Notes: generated from the letters alone by a model not told the origin. A stretch of 64,000 nt of DNA from a bacterium (GCA_030649135.1 JAUSGI010000004.1:34089-98088); one strand, 5' to 3'; counted from the first letter of the stretch, positions 21,743-31,133 are shown. Program-made: numbers and translations.

Positions 21743-21771
21743 TTGACGCCAGCTTCTCGTTAGTGTATAAT
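21743..21771 (+). promoter_or_regulatory. sigma70-like promoter of G+C-rich ORFan
   Basis: TTGACG-17 nt-TATAAT followed by RBS GGAGGGGGG before ATG 21809. Confidence 0.5.
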
Positions 21772-21808
21772 GTAGGTAGGAGTACCAAGAATTACCAGGA
21801 GGGGGGAC

Positions 21809-22234
21809 ATGACAGTTGCGGGAACGTTGTTTAACAAGTTGTTGAGGGTGTGCGGCAAGCGGGTGGTCGACTCCGCTAGCAACAGGAAGGAGTTCGTCGA
21901 CAACGGCACCTTGTTTCCGGTGCCCAACATCGGCCAGGAGATGTACCTATTCCCGGTCACTCGCCGTCTCACCGGTGATGAGGCAGAGGACGCCTATGCA
22001 TCTTTTGGCCTCGAAGCTGCCGGGTGGGAGGAGCTCGCTCTGGCCAATGACGCCAACCCTGCCATGGCGTCAGAGAGACCCAACGCCACTCAATGGCGGG
22101 ATCGGGGGCGGTGGTGCTACATCACCTTCTCCGAGCCTGGGGAGAACTATCTCCTTCGGGCGGGGAAGGTCGATAGGTGGGACCCCGGGTGGTGGCTCGC
22201 AGGTCGTCCCATCAAGTGGGACGAGTACCGGTAA
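21809..22234 (+). CDS. G+C-rich ORFan (141 aa) inserted between rplB and rplJ
   Basis: strong compositional contrast; own promoter and terminator. Confidence 0.4.
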   Translation: MTVAGTLFNKLLRVCGKRVVDSASNRKEFVDNGTLFPVPNIGQEMYLFPVTRRLTGDEAEDAYASFGLEAAGWEELALANDANPAMASERPNATQWRDRGRWCYITFSEPGENYLLRAGKVDRWDPGWWLAGRPIKWDEYR

Positions 22235-22244
22235 TTCGGGGTCT

Positions 22245-22282
22245 GGGCGTTCGGACAGTCGTCCGAACGCCCTTTTCGTTTG
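22245..22282 (+). terminator. rho-independent terminator
   Basis: GGGCGTTCGGAC-AGTC-GTCCGAACGCCC hairpin + TTTTCGTTT. Confidence 0.6.
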
Positions 22283-22391
22283 TATACTTGCATTAAATTT
22301 TTATTCCTGTAAGGTATTTCTCCATAAGGTCAAAGACAGTAGGCATCCATAAGCCCTACCGAGACTAAACCACTCTGGCCTTATTAAATTA

Positions 22392-22880
22392 ATGGCCATT
22401 TCGAAAGCCAAAAAGGGAGAAGTGCTCACGAAGCTTAAGGCGGCCTTCAAAAGTGCCAAGTCTTTGGTGTTCATTAACTTTAAGGGCTTGAATGTGGCCA
22501 ATGCCACTCAAATGCGCCGTGCTCTCAAAAGTGAAGGTATTTCTTACACGGTTGCCAAAAAGACTCTAACCAACTTAGCGCTTGAGGGAGAGAAGTTTCA
22601 GGGCACAGCACCAGTGCTCGAAGGTGAGTTAGCTCTTGCGTGGGGAGAAGACTTGGTGGCTCCGGCTCGCGGAGTTTATGGTTTCCAGAAAAAGTTTCCG
22701 GAGAGTCTCAAGATTATGGGTGGAGTCTTCGAAGGTCGTTTTATGACGGCAGTCGAAATGGAGGAGATTGCCCAGATTCCTACGCTCGAGGTGCTTCGCG
22801 GCAAGTTCGTCAATATTATTAATTCCCCGATACAGCGCTTTGTGATTGGGCTTAATGAAATTAGTAAGATTAAGAGTTAA
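22392..22880 (+). CDS. rplJ: 50S ribosomal protein L10
   Basis: L10 N-terminal pattern (KxxVxxLxxxxxxAxSxVxxxYxGLxVxxxxxLR). Confidence 0.85.
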   Translation: MAISKAKKGEVLTKLKAAFKSAKSLVFINFKGLNVANATQMRRALKSEGISYTVAKKTLTNLALEGEKFQGTAPVLEGELALAWGEDLVAPARGVYGFQKKFPESLKIMGGVFEGRFMTAVEMEEIAQIPTLEVLRGKFVNIINSPIQRFVIGLNEISKIKS

Positions 22881-22884
22881 AAAC

Positions 22885-23298
22885 ATGGAAGATACACAAA
22901 ATACAAATACCGAAATAGTTAAGGAAGTTCCTACAAAGTTCAAAAAGATTGTTGAAGAAGTTGAGACCATGTCGGTACTTGAACTCAATGAACTGGTGAA
23001 AGTTTTCGAAAACAAGTTCGGAGTTTCTGCTACAGCTGTAGCCGCGCCCGCCTCCGCGCAAGGCTCCGGCGAGGCAATAGAAGAGAAATTGACAGCAAGC
23101 GTGGAGCTCACTAATAGCGGTGCCAACAAAATCGCCATCATCAAGGTGGTCAAAGAAGTGCTCGGCCTCGGTCTCAAAGAAGCTAAGGACCTCGTCGATG
23201 CTGCTCCCTCGATGCTTAAAGCAGACATGAAGAAAGAAGAGGCAGAAGCGCTCAAAAAGCAGATAGAAGACGCTGGTGGTAAAGTGACGCTCAAGTAG
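22885..23298 (+). CDS. rplL: 50S ribosomal protein L7/L12
   Basis: C-terminal KVIKEVRxxTGLGLKEAKDLVDxAP...EAEALKKQLEDAGA-like domain; start moved to Met after rplJ stop (ORF track begins at 22846). Confidence 0.85.
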   Translation: MEDTQNTNTEIVKEVPTKFKKIVEEVETMSVLELNELVKVFENKFGVSATAVAAPASAQGSGEAIEEKLTASVELTNSGANKIAIIKVVKEVLGLGLKEAKDLVDAAPSMLKADMKKEEAEALKKQIEDAGGKVTLK

Positions 23299-23310
23299 TA
23301 GAATGGGCGC

Positions 23311-23868
23311 ATGAAATCCGTTTCCCACATCTTCGGCGGAGAGGCCAAAGTAAAGATTATGCGCCTGTTTATCTTTAACCCAGGTCTCACTTTTACTTCC
23401 GCTGAAGTGGCCCACCGTGCCAAAGAGAGACCTCATACGGCCCGCAAGGAACTTAGAATTCTCGCCAAGGCGGGTCTCATCAAGCGACGCACGAAGGGCT
23501 TTGCTCTCAACTCTTCCTACCTGTATCTTCCCGCGATTGAAAATTTTCTGATAGATGCCACGCCCATCACGGAGAAAGAGATAATCCAGAAAGTTTCTCG
23601 CGCCGGCAACATCAGACTTGTCTTAATTTCCGGTGTCTTTCTACATGACCGTGATTCTCGTGTGGACATCCTCGTCGTGGGGGACCATCTCAAAGGAGCC
23701 AAACTCTTGTCGGCTATATCATCGATTGAAGCTCTCTTGGGCAAGGAGTTGCGTTATGCCGCTTTCGAGACCGCCGATTTCCGATATCGTCTGGGTATCT
23801 ACGACAAGCTTATTAGAGATATTCTGGACTACCAGCACGAGAAGATTCTTAATAAATTGGGTATTTAA
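23311..23868 (+). CDS. hypothetical protein, possible winged-helix N-terminus
   Basis: ORF with good context; no confident family. Confidence 0.3.
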   Translation: MKSVSHIFGGEAKVKIMRLFIFNPGLTFTSAEVAHRAKERPHTARKELRILAKAGLIKRRTKGFALNSSYLYLPAIENFLIDATPITEKEIIQKVSRAGNIRLVLISGVFLHDRDSRVDILVVGDHLKGAKLLSAISSIEALLGKELRYAAFETADFRYRLGIYDKLIRDILDYQHEKILNKLGI

Positions 23869-24028
23869 CCCCGCTTCACCCCGCCTTGGCGGGGCAAGCG
23901 GCGGGGCAGGATTATCCACACCCCAATAAACCTCGTATTTTATAGGTGTATAATGAATCGCGTACCCCTTTTAGAGTGGTCACAATTAGAAGCTAAGTGC
24001 ATTTGCACAGACATCGAGCTAAGAATAT

Positions 24029-24727
24029 ATGTTATTAAACACATGGGGAGAAGTGCTAACCCTTTCCTTCCAGAATCTTTGGGTAGGAGTGGTTAACTTT
24101 GTCCCGAACCTTGTTATTGCTATCGTCATCCTTATCCTAGGATGGTTAGTTGGCGCGCTTATCGGCCGAGCAATTTGGCAAGTGTTCAAGTCTCTGAAAG
24201 TTGATGACGCTCTTCGCCAGGCGGGATTCGACTCTTTTGTGCGTCGTGGAGGTATTGACCTTGATTCCGGCGCGTTTGTTGGTGGTTTGGTGAAGTGGTT
24301 TGTGATAGTGATGTTTTTAGTGGCAGCTCTGGATGTTTTAGGCCTTTCACAAGTCAACTTCTTCCTCCAAGACGTAGTACTTGGCTATTTGCCTCGTGTA
24401 CTCGCTGCGGCTTTGGTTCTCTTGGTGGCTGGCGTTATCGGTGATGTCACCGGACGTGTGGTTGTCACAGCAGCTCGGACGGCAGGTATTGATTCAGCAC
24501 ATTTTGTGGGTGCTGTGGCCAAGTGGGCCATCTGGATTTTCGCCATTCTCGTAGCTCTTTCCCAACTGGGTATTGCTGCGGCGTTTAGTCAGACTCTCTT
24601 CACAGGCATTGTCATCGCGGTCTCTCTCGCCCTCGGTCTCTCCTTCGGTCTCGGCGGACAGGAAGCGGCATCTCGCTTCCTCGAAAAGCTTCGCGGAGAA
24701 ATGAGTGGTAAAAACCACAACGGTTAA
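24029..24727 (+). CDS. integral membrane protein (repeated conserved-TM-helix type)
   Basis: 4-5 predicted TM helices with repeated WxVxxLVxxLxxxLxVLGLxQ-like units. Confidence 0.4.
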   Translation: MLLNTWGEVLTLSFQNLWVGVVNFVPNLVIAIVILILGWLVGALIGRAIWQVFKSLKVDDALRQAGFDSFVRRGGIDLDSGAFVGGLVKWFVIVMFLVAALDVLGLSQVNFFLQDVVLGYLPRVLAAALVLLVAGVIGDVTGRVVVTAARTAGIDSAHFVGAVAKWAIWIFAILVALSQLGIAAAFSQTLFTGIVIAVSLALGLSFGLGGQEAASRFLEKLRGEMSGKNHNG

Positions 24728-24769
24728 CCTCGAGGTATTACTTAGCTAGATAATACCCGGATAATCTGT

Positions 24770-24797
24770 AGGGAAGAGCCCGTTTTCGGGCTCTTTT
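24770..24797 (+). terminator. rho-independent terminator
   Basis: GAAGAGCCCG-TTTT-CGGGCTCTTT hairpin + T-run after 24727 stop. Confidence 0.5.
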
Positions 24798-24805
24798 CTG
24801 TTCTA

Positions 24806-24834
24806 TTGACTTTTAAACCTCATTGTGATATGAT
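24806..24834 (+). promoter_or_regulatory. sigma70-like promoter of G+C-rich ORFan
   Basis: TTGACT-17 nt-TATGAT, RBS AGGAGAG before ATG 24909. Confidence 0.45.
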
Positions 24835-24908
24835 TAGGGCAGGATGGGCATTGGCCCATAAGACGATCTTCGTTTACTACCTTCAAGGCTACACCTTAGG
24901 AGAGTGTC

Positions 24909-25418
24909 ATGAGCGTAGTGGAGAAAGCCGAACTCTCGCCAATCCTGGGTAGCGTACCGGTCGTGATGTTTTTCTTCAACGTCACCGACAAGAGGCTCGT
25001 GCCTTGGTGGGCGAAGACCGTGTCGGGCCTCGAGCAGAAGCCGGCCACCGAAGGTCAGCCCTCCGGTGTCGAGTTGATCAGGGGCAAGCACGTGAATCTC
25101 TATTCCGTTCTCGACGAGATCGGAGAGCAGGGATTCATTCCGGTCCGGCTCCTCGTCATCGAGAGGGGTCAAGGTAGGGTTCGTATGGCCCTGGTGTGCG
25201 TTCACTCGGATCACCTGAAAGAGGGCGATCGACGGATGCCCCGGAGAGAGGAAGCTGATGTACGGGGGCTTCTCAAGAAGCTCTGGGACGTTCGGGTTCA
25301 TCGTAACCCGGGCGAGCACGGAGGGAACTTCATCATCGGGTGTGCCTACCCGGCGATGGGGAATTCCAGGGGCAAGCTGCTCGTCGCCGACGGGCAGTTC
25401 CGGTTGGAGACGAAGTAG
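24909..25418 (+). CDS. G+C-rich ORFan (169 aa) inserted upstream of rpsS
   Basis: compositional contrast; own promoter/terminator. Confidence 0.4.
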   Translation: MSVVEKAELSPILGSVPVVMFFFNVTDKRLVPWWAKTVSGLEQKPATEGQPSGVELIRGKHVNLYSVLDEIGEQGFIPVRLLVIERGQGRVRMALVCVHSDHLKEGDRRMPRREEADVRGLLKKLWDVRVHRNPGEHGGNFIIGCAYPAMGNSRGKLLVADGQFRLETK

Positions 25419-25429
25419 CTGTGAGGTCT

Positions 25430-25470
25430 GGACCGGGGGCGCAACGCGCGCTCCCGGTCCTTTACTTTTT
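25430..25470 (+). terminator. rho-independent terminator
   Basis: GGACCGGGGGCGC...GCGCTCCCGGTCC hairpin + TTTACTTTTT. Confidence 0.55.
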
Positions 25471-25525
25471 ACGTTGATTTATATACTATATCCCGCATAG
25501 CTCGCTCGAGCTTTTTCATTTAATA

Positions 25526-25867
25526 ATGACCAGGTCATCTAAAAAAGGTCCATACGTCGACCCTCGAGTACTCAAGAAGTTAGAGGGCAAAAGCCCCACG
25601 ACCGCTGGGGTTATAAAGACGTGGTCGAGGGCCTGCCAAATTGCTCCGGAGATGGTTGGTTTTACCTTCGGGGTTCATAATGGTAAGGACCACGTAGCGG
25701 TGTTTGTCAGCGAAGACATGGTCGGACATCGCCTTGGCGAGTTTTCGCTAACGCGCAAATTTACAAGACACGGCGGTAGAATGCAGAAGGACCTTGAACA
25801 GAAGCAAAAGGAGTCCGAAATTGCTGCCGCTAAGGCAGTCAAGGGTGCGGCGGAATCAAAGAAGTAG
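25526..25867 (+). CDS. rpsS: 30S ribosomal protein S19 with Lys/Ala-rich C-terminal extension
   Basis: KKGPYVD..L and GHRLGEF..TR.F.GH motifs. Confidence 0.9.
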   Translation: MTRSSKKGPYVDPRVLKKLEGKSPTTAGVIKTWSRACQIAPEMVGFTFGVHNGKDHVAVFVSEDMVGHRLGEFSLTRKFTRHGGRMQKDLEQKQKESEIAAAKAVKGAAESKK

Positions 25868-25892
25868 ATTCAAGATTTAGAATTTAAGATTT

Positions 25893-26228
25893 ATGAATGA
25901 AGCAACAGCACAACTTAATAACTACCGACAATCTCCACGCAAGGTGCGTTTAGTGGTGGATACTCTGCGTGGCAAAAAAATAGAGGAAGCAATTACTCTA
26001 CTCTCGTTTATCCCAAGGCGTTCCGCCCTGCCACTTCAGAAACTTTTGACCTCGGCTTTGGCAAATGCCAAAGACCTTGCTTTGCCTACGGAAGATTTAA
26101 TTGTCAAAGAGATTAGAGTTGATGCCGGTGGCACCCTTTACCGCCGCCGCCCGCGTTCGAAAGGTATGGCCAACCCGATTCGTAAAAGGACGTCGCGTAT
26201 TCGCGTAACGCTTGCTCCCAAGAAATAA
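25893..26228 (+). CDS. rplV: 50S ribosomal protein L22
   Basis: order; SPRK.RLV.D.IRG pattern. Confidence 0.9.
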   Translation: MNEATAQLNNYRQSPRKVRLVVDTLRGKKIEEAITLLSFIPRRSALPLQKLLTSALANAKDLALPTEDLIVKEIRVDAGGTLYRRRPRSKGMANPIRKRTSRIRVTLAPKK

Positions 26229-26886
26229 TATGACACACACAGTACATCCATATTCACATCGTCTTGGTATCCTGCGGGATTGGAAATCGCGTTGGTTTGC
26301 GCCGAAGGGTAAATACAAATACATTTTGCGTGGTGATATTTTGATTAGGCAATATTTGGAGAAGAAACTTAAAGGATTTTTCGTGGCCGATGTTGAAATA
26401 GAGAGAAGTGAGAAGTCCTTGCGCATTATTGTCAGCTCCTCTCGTCCGGGCATGATTATCGGCCGTCAAGGTGACGGCGCGGAATTGCTTCGTAAAGAAA
26501 TTAAGTCATTCCTTTTGAAACATAAATTACTTGAGGAAAAAGTGGACGTCAGGCTCGACATCAAAGAAATTAAATCGGCCGAGACCAATGCCGCCATCGT
26601 GTCGCAGATGATAGTCGAGGGATTGGAGAAACGTTTGCCGTTCAGAAGGGTGATGAAGCAGATGCTTGAGAAGGTCATGGCTAATCGCGACGTGCTCGGG
26701 GTGCGAATCTTTCTGGCTGGCCGCTTGGGTGGTGCCACTATGAGCCGCACGGAAGACCGCAAGCTCGGCCGTATTCCTTTGCAGACTCTGCGCGCTGATG
26801 TTGACTACGCTCTTACCAAAGCAGTAATGCCCTACGGCACTATTGGGGTCAAGGTTTGGATATATAAAGGCGATATATTTAAATAA
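26212..26886 (+). CDS. rpsC: 30S ribosomal protein S3
   Basis: HP..HRLGI...W.S.W KH N-term, GRLGGAEIAR-like motif (GRLGGATMSR). Confidence 0.95.
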   Translation: MLPRNNMTHTVHPYSHRLGILRDWKSRWFAPKGKYKYILRGDILIRQYLEKKLKGFFVADVEIERSEKSLRIIVSSSRPGMIIGRQGDGAELLRKEIKSFLLKHKLLEEKVDVRLDIKEIKSAETNAAIVSQMIVEGLEKRLPFRRVMKQMLEKVMANRDVLGVRIFLAGRLGGATMSRTEDRKLGRIPLQTLRADVDYALTKAVMPYGTIGVKVWIYKGDIFK

Positions 26887-26887
26887 C

Positions 26888-27304
26888 ATGCTCTTTCCCA
26901 AAAAAGTTAAACATCGAAAGTGGCACACCATGCGAAGGAATCCATCGAGGGTCTCCGTGGCCACTCGTGGACTCTCGGTAGCGTTCGGCTCGTATGGATT
27001 GAAGGCACTCGGCTCCGCTCGTATCCGCTCCAATCAAATTGAATCTTCGAGGAAAGTCTTATCTCGCTCTGTAGGTAAGACCGGTCGCTTCTGGATTCGA
27101 ATTTTCCCGGACATGCCTTATACCACCAAGCCTGCGGAAGTGAAGCTCGGTAAGGGCAAGGGAGATTTGGCAGGTTATGCGGCGCCGGTTCTCCCCGGTA
27201 GAATCATTTTTGAGGTAGACGGTATCAGCGAGGTAGATGCCCGGGAAGCGCTTCGTAAAGCGGGTACTAAACTACCGGTCAAGACTAAAGTAGTAGCCAG
27301 ATAG
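26888..27304 (+). CDS. rplP: 50S ribosomal protein L16
   Basis: MLFPKKVKHRK N-term; start reset to Met after rpsC stop. Confidence 0.9.
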   Translation: MLFPKKVKHRKWHTMRRNPSRVSVATRGLSVAFGSYGLKALGSARIRSNQIESSRKVLSRSVGKTGRFWIRIFPDMPYTTKPAEVKLGKGKGDLAGYAAPVLPGRIIFEVDGISEVDAREALRKAGTKLPVKTKVVAR

Positions 27305-27328
27305 TTCGACAAGCTCACCATAAATAAT

Positions 27329-27511
27329 ATGAAGAAAACTATCTACATCGGCAAATCAAAACAGGATTTGGTAAAAGCCCTCGGAGAGAGGCGAGAAATT
27401 TTGCGTAAACTAAGATTCGGAGCTTCCGGTTCCAAGACCCGCAATGTGAAAGAAGGTATGGTTATCAGAAAAGATATTGCCCGTATCATGACTGAACTTA
27501 ATAAAGCGTAA
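27329..27511 (+). CDS. rpmC: 50S ribosomal protein L29
   Basis: position and size; ELR..RFQ.ATGQLENT-like pattern (weak). Confidence 0.7.
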   Translation: MKKTIYIGKSKQDLVKALGERREILRKLRFGASGSKTRNVKEGMVIRKDIARIMTELNKA

Positions 27512-27512
27512 T

Positions 27513-27761
27513 ATGGAAACTGACAAAACAAAAAAGCCCCAAATTTTTTCCGGCACGGTAGTCTCGGATAAAATGAAAGACACTATCGTGGTCTCGGTCG
27601 AGCGCTATGAAAAACATCCCCGATATTCCAAATTCATCAGGCGACGTAAGAAATTCAAGGTGCATGACGCTGGTAATACCGCCAAGGTGGGTGATAAAGT
27701 ACAAATCATCGCTACTAGGCCGATATCGAAGGATAAAAGTTTCAAATTGTTAACTTCCTAA
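27513..27761 (+). CDS. rpsQ: 30S ribosomal protein S17
   Basis: G.VVSDKM.KT.VV.VER...HP.Y.K..KR.KK..AHD pattern. Confidence 0.9.
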   Translation: METDKTKKPQIFSGTVVSDKMKDTIVVSVERYEKHPRYSKFIRRRKKFKVHDAGNTAKVGDKVQIIATRPISKDKSFKLLTS

Positions 27762-27764
27762 GCC

Positions 27765-28136
27765 ATGATTCAACCACAATCCATTGTGCAAATAGCAGAC
27801 AATTCCGGGGCAAAACTCGGTCGCGTTTTCAAGGTGCTTGGAAGCTCAAAAAAACGCTACGCTTCCATCGGAGAGCTGGTGGTGCTCTCGGTTCAAAAGG
27901 CCGAACCCAGGAAGCTGGTAAAGAAAAAGGATATTCTTTACGGGATAGTGGTGAGACAAAGGGCGCCTTTCCGACGCAAGGATGGTACGTATGTACGTTT
28001 TGACGAAAATGCCGTGGTTATCCTGGATAGTACCAAAAAGGAGCCAATGGCGGGCCGAGTTTTCGGCCCGGTACCCAGAGAAATTGGCGAAATGGGATTC
28101 CAGAAAATTATTTCTTTAGCGCCGGAAGTAGTTTAA
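27765..28136 (+). CDS. rplN: 50S ribosomal protein L14
   Basis: MIQ..S.L.VADNSGAK N-term. Confidence 0.95.
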   Translation: MIQPQSIVQIADNSGAKLGRVFKVLGSSKKRYASIGELVVLSVQKAEPRKLVKKKDILYGIVVRQRAPFRRKDGTYVRFDENAVVILDSTKKEPMAGRVFGPVPREIGEMGFQKIISLAPEVV

Positions 28137-28141
28137 ATATC

Positions 28142-28366
28142 ATGCATGTAAAAAAGGGAGACAACGTAATAGTTTTAACGGGAAAAGATAAAGGTAAGAT
28201 TGGTAAAATCTTGCGCGCCTTTCCAAAACAAGACCAAGTGCTGGTGGAAGGGGTGAATACCAAAAAGGTTCACGAACGGCCGAAAAAGAGTGGCGCCAAA
28301 GGTACCATTATCGAAAAGAATTTTCCCATTCACGTCTCTAATGTAAAAATCCATGGAAAATCTTAG
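28142..28366 (+). CDS. rplX: 50S ribosomal protein L24
   Basis: KKGD.V.V..GKDKGK.G.V KOW motif. Confidence 0.85.
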   Translation: MHVKKGDNVIVLTGKDKGKIGKILRAFPKQDQVLVEGVNTKKVHERPKKSGAKGTIIEKNFPIHVSNVKIHGKS

Positions 28367-28865
28367 AGAAAAATCAAAAACGATTCCGGGTTATAAAAAC
28401 CCCATGCAGGCGCCACGAGTTTTGAAGGTGGTGGTCTCTTCCGGAGTCGGTTCATTTAAAGACAAGAACAAATTTAAAGTAGTGGAAGACCGTCTGGCGC
28501 GTATTACCGGACAGAAAGCAGCCCCACGAGGAGCTAAAATTTCGATCGCTACTTTCAAATCTCGACAAGGAGACATTGTGGGCTACCAAGTAACTTTGCG
28601 TGGCAAGCGTATGTACGATTTTTTGGACAGATTAGTACATCTTGCCCTTCCGCGCACCAAAGACTTCCGTGGTATTTCCCCGAACGCTGTTGATGAGATG
28701 GGCAATTATACTTTGGGTATCAAAGAACACAACATTTTTCCCGAAACTTCCGACGAAGAGCTTAAAGACGTCTTCGGTCTCGCTGTGACCATCGTCACTA
28801 CCGCCAAGTCCAAAGAAGAAGTGCTCGCTTTCCTTGCCCATCTCGGTTTCCCGTTCAAGAAGTAG
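28353..28865 (+). CDS. rplE: 50S ribosomal protein L5
   Basis: order; L5 central/C-terminal motifs (RGISP...[15 protein letters not shown]). Confidence 0.9.
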   Translation: MENLREKSKTIPGYKNPMQAPRVLKVVVSSGVGSFKDKNKFKVVEDRLARITGQKAAPRGAKISIATFKSRQGDIVGYQVTLRGKRMYDFLDRLVHLALPRTKDFRGISPNAVDEMGNYTLGIKEHNIFPETSDEELKDVFGLAVTIVTTAKSKEEVLAFLAHLGFPFKK

Positions 28866-28945
28866 AAGTTATCTACATTATATAAAATAGAAAAATCCCC
28901 GCGCACAGTGCTCTGTGCGCGGGGGTCTGAAATTGTGACGGATAG

Positions 28946-29542
28946 CTATGAGTCCGACAGGATGCGAACATCCGCTTCTGCCGTCGGGCCCTTTTGTGTC
29001 AGGAAAGCGATGGCGCGGGCGAGTAACGCCGGGCTGTCCCGGAACATGGATAGTCCCATGTTGCAGAGCTTGCAGAGCAATGCCATTCTTCTCGCGCCGT
29101 AGTGCGCCGCCCCATAGAGCGAAAGTGGCAATGCCTGCCCAATCTCATCGCATGAGGTTTCGGGCTGGCTGCAGATCGCGCACCGACCACCCTGCTTCTT
29201 GAAGAGTTCATTGTAGTGACCGTTCATTTTCACGGCAGGGTGCGGATGGGTCTGCGCAAGTGGCGGAGCTGCTGATATGACAGCAGGCAATCCCGTGCTC
29301 ACACCATCGTGGAGCTTGCAGTTTTGTCTGGTCCTGATGCTACCCCCATATGGGTATGTCCCAAACTCCTCGATTGGCCTGTTTTCTCCGCACTCCTTGC
29401 AAGGTCTTGTTTCCATACCAACCTGCTTTCCTTCCTGAACGTGAAGGTTGCAATCTCGCTGTGCACGACCTCCCGCACCAAGCTTGAAACTGTCCAATGG
29501 CCTCATTTTCTCGCACTTAATGCAGTATCTTTTCCCTCCCAT
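28946..29542 (-). CDS. G+C-rich Cys-rich protein (zinc-ribbon repeats; C-terminal CxxC...LLCxxCNxGL segment reminiscent of endonuclease VII/HNH-like nucleases)
   Basis: multiple CxxC pairs (CIKC, CKEC, CAIC, CKLC); opposite strand to spc operon; GC-hairpin terminator at ~28896..28925. Confidence 0.4.
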   Translation of the reverse strand: MGGKRYCIKCEKMRPLDSFKLGAGGRAQRDCNLHVQEGKQVGMETRPCKECGENRPIEEFGTYPYGGSIRTRQNCKLHDGVSTGLPAVISAAPPLAQTHPHPAVKMNGHYNELFKKQGGRCAICSQPETSCDEIGQALPLSLYGAAHYGARRMALLCKLCNMGLSMFRDSPALLARAIAFLTQKGPTAEADVRILSDS

Positions 29543-29707
29543 GCCATGCTCCCTTCTTTAGGGACGGCAACCAATATGGTCGTCTGAACTTGAGTCTGGC
29601 GCGAATCCTACATTGTGTCCACGGGTATGGCAAGTCTAAGGTTTGACAATACCCCTTTCAGTTGATAAGCTGAAACGCGAGCTTTTCGAAGCTTTTTTAG
29701 TTTAATT

Positions 29708-29893
29708 ATGGCCAAAACGTCAGTTATTGCTCGGTCGAAAAAGAAGCCCAAGTTCTCCACTAGGGCGACTTCACGCTGTTTCCGTTGCGGCAGGGGCCGC
29801 GGTTACATGCGCGACTTCGACCTTTGTCGTATCTGCTTTCGGGAGCTTGCCAATGAAGGTAAGATTCCGGGTGTAAAAAAGTCTTCTTGGTAA
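29708..29893 (+). CDS. rpsZ: 30S ribosomal protein S14 type Z (zinc-binding)
   Basis: 61 aa, C..C...C..C motif ([20 protein letters not shown]). Confidence 0.9.
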   Translation: MAKTSVIARSKKKPKFSTRATSRCFRCGRGRGYMRDFDLCRICFRELANEGKIPGVKKSSW

Positions 29894-29899
29894 TTTCAT

Positions 29900-30286
29900 A
29901 TGGATACGATTTCAAACATGATTATCCAAATCAAGAATGCCGGTCTCACCGGGCATGACCGTGTATTGGTGCCTTACTCCAAACTGAGACACTCCATAGC
30001 GGAGGCGTTGAAGAAAGAGCACTTCATCAAAGATGTCGAAACCGAATCAGAGAAAGGTAGGAAAATGTTGGCCGTAGGTTTGTTCATGGAAAATCGCGTG
30101 CCGAAAATTAAGGGAGTGAAGCGTATTTCCAAACCTTCCAGACGAATTTACAAGAAAGCTTCCGAGATTCGCGGGGTGAAAAGTGGTTACGGCGCCCTGA
30201 TACTTTCCACCTCTAAAGGCATTATGTCCGGTCGCGAGGCCAAGCGGGCCAGTCTTGGCGGCGAAGCTCTGTTTCAAATCTGGTAA
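29900..30286 (+). CDS. rpsH: 30S ribosomal protein S8
   Basis: D.I.NM...IKNA N-term; order. Confidence 0.9.
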   Translation: MDTISNMIIQIKNAGLTGHDRVLVPYSKLRHSIAEALKKEHFIKDVETESEKGRKMLAVGLFMENRVPKIKGVKRISKPSRRIYKKASEIRGVKSGYGALILSTSKGIMSGREAKRASLGGEALFQIW

Positions 30287-30293
30287 AAAATTT

Positions 30294-30827
30294 ATGTCAC
30301 GCATAGGAAAAAAAATTATTATTTTGCCGGCAAACACCGAGCTTAAAGTTGCCGGTGATAGGGTGCTGGTCAAAGGTCCTTTGGGCGAACTATCACGCGC
30401 GCTTCATCCGGTTATTGAGGTCAGGGTTAGTGGCAATGAAGTGACTGTCCATCCGAAAAAGACTTCTATCGAGTCGAGGGCTCTGTGGGGTACTTATGCT
30501 TCGCACATTACCAACATGATTTCCGGCGTCAATAAGTTGTTTGAAAAGGGGTTGATTCTCGAAGGCGTTGGTTTTAAATCCGAAGTGCAAGGTAATAAAA
30601 TTAATCTGGCCCTCGGATTCTCTCATCCGGTCATTGTCCCGATTCCAGAGGGTTTGAAAGTGACTGCCGAAAAAAATGTTATCACCGTATCAGGCAAAGA
30701 TAAGGAGGAAGTTGGCCAGTTTACTTCGAGACTTCGCTCGCTCAAGAAACCGGAACCGTACAAAGGCAAGGGTATGCGTTATAGAGATGAGATTATTAGG
30801 CGTAAGCAGGGTAAAAAATTAGTATAA
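30294..30827 (+). CDS. rplF: 50S ribosomal protein L6
   Basis: MSRIGKK.I..P N-term; start reset after rpsH stop. Confidence 0.9.
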   Translation: MSRIGKKIIILPANTELKVAGDRVLVKGPLGELSRALHPVIEVRVSGNEVTVHPKKTSIESRALWGTYASHITNMISGVNKLFEKGLILEGVGFKSEVQGNKINLALGFSHPVIVPIPEGLKVTAEKNVITVSGKDKEEVGQFTSRLRSLKKPEPYKGKGMRYRDEIIRRKQGKKLV

Positions 30828-31132
30828 TGGAATCCCGACGCGATAGAATTCATAAAAAGATTAGGGCCAAAGTTTCCGGCACTTCCGCTTGCCCACGTCT
30901 GGCCGTTTATAAATCCAATACTGCCATCTACGCCCAGCTTATCGACGACGATAAGGCTGTAACCTTGGCTTCCGCCAAAGGAACCGATGCTTCCAAGGTA
31001 GGTGCGGAAATCGCCAAAAAAGCGATAGCAAAAAAAATTGAAAAGGTGGCTTTCGACCGGGGTGGCTATATTTATACCGGTAAGGTTCGAGCCTTGGCTG
31101 AGAGTGCGCGCAAGCTTGGATTAAAATTCTAA
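30827..31132 (+). CDS. rplR: 50S ribosomal protein L18
   Basis: order; RL.V.KSN..IYAQ..DD pattern. Confidence 0.85.
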   Translation: MESRRDRIHKKIRAKVSGTSACPRLAVYKSNTAIYAQLIDDDKAVTLASAKGTDASKVGAEIAKKAIAKKIEKVAFDRGGYIYTGKVRALAESARKLGLKF

Positions 31133-31133
31133 T

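Noticed and set aside
22846-22884. N-terminal extensions in the ORF track for rplL, rplP (26843), rplF (30255), secY (31982), map (33691), smpB (39912)
   Set aside because: Each extension overlaps the upstream gene and lacks conservation; in-frame Mets right after the upstream stop codon give canonical N-termini.
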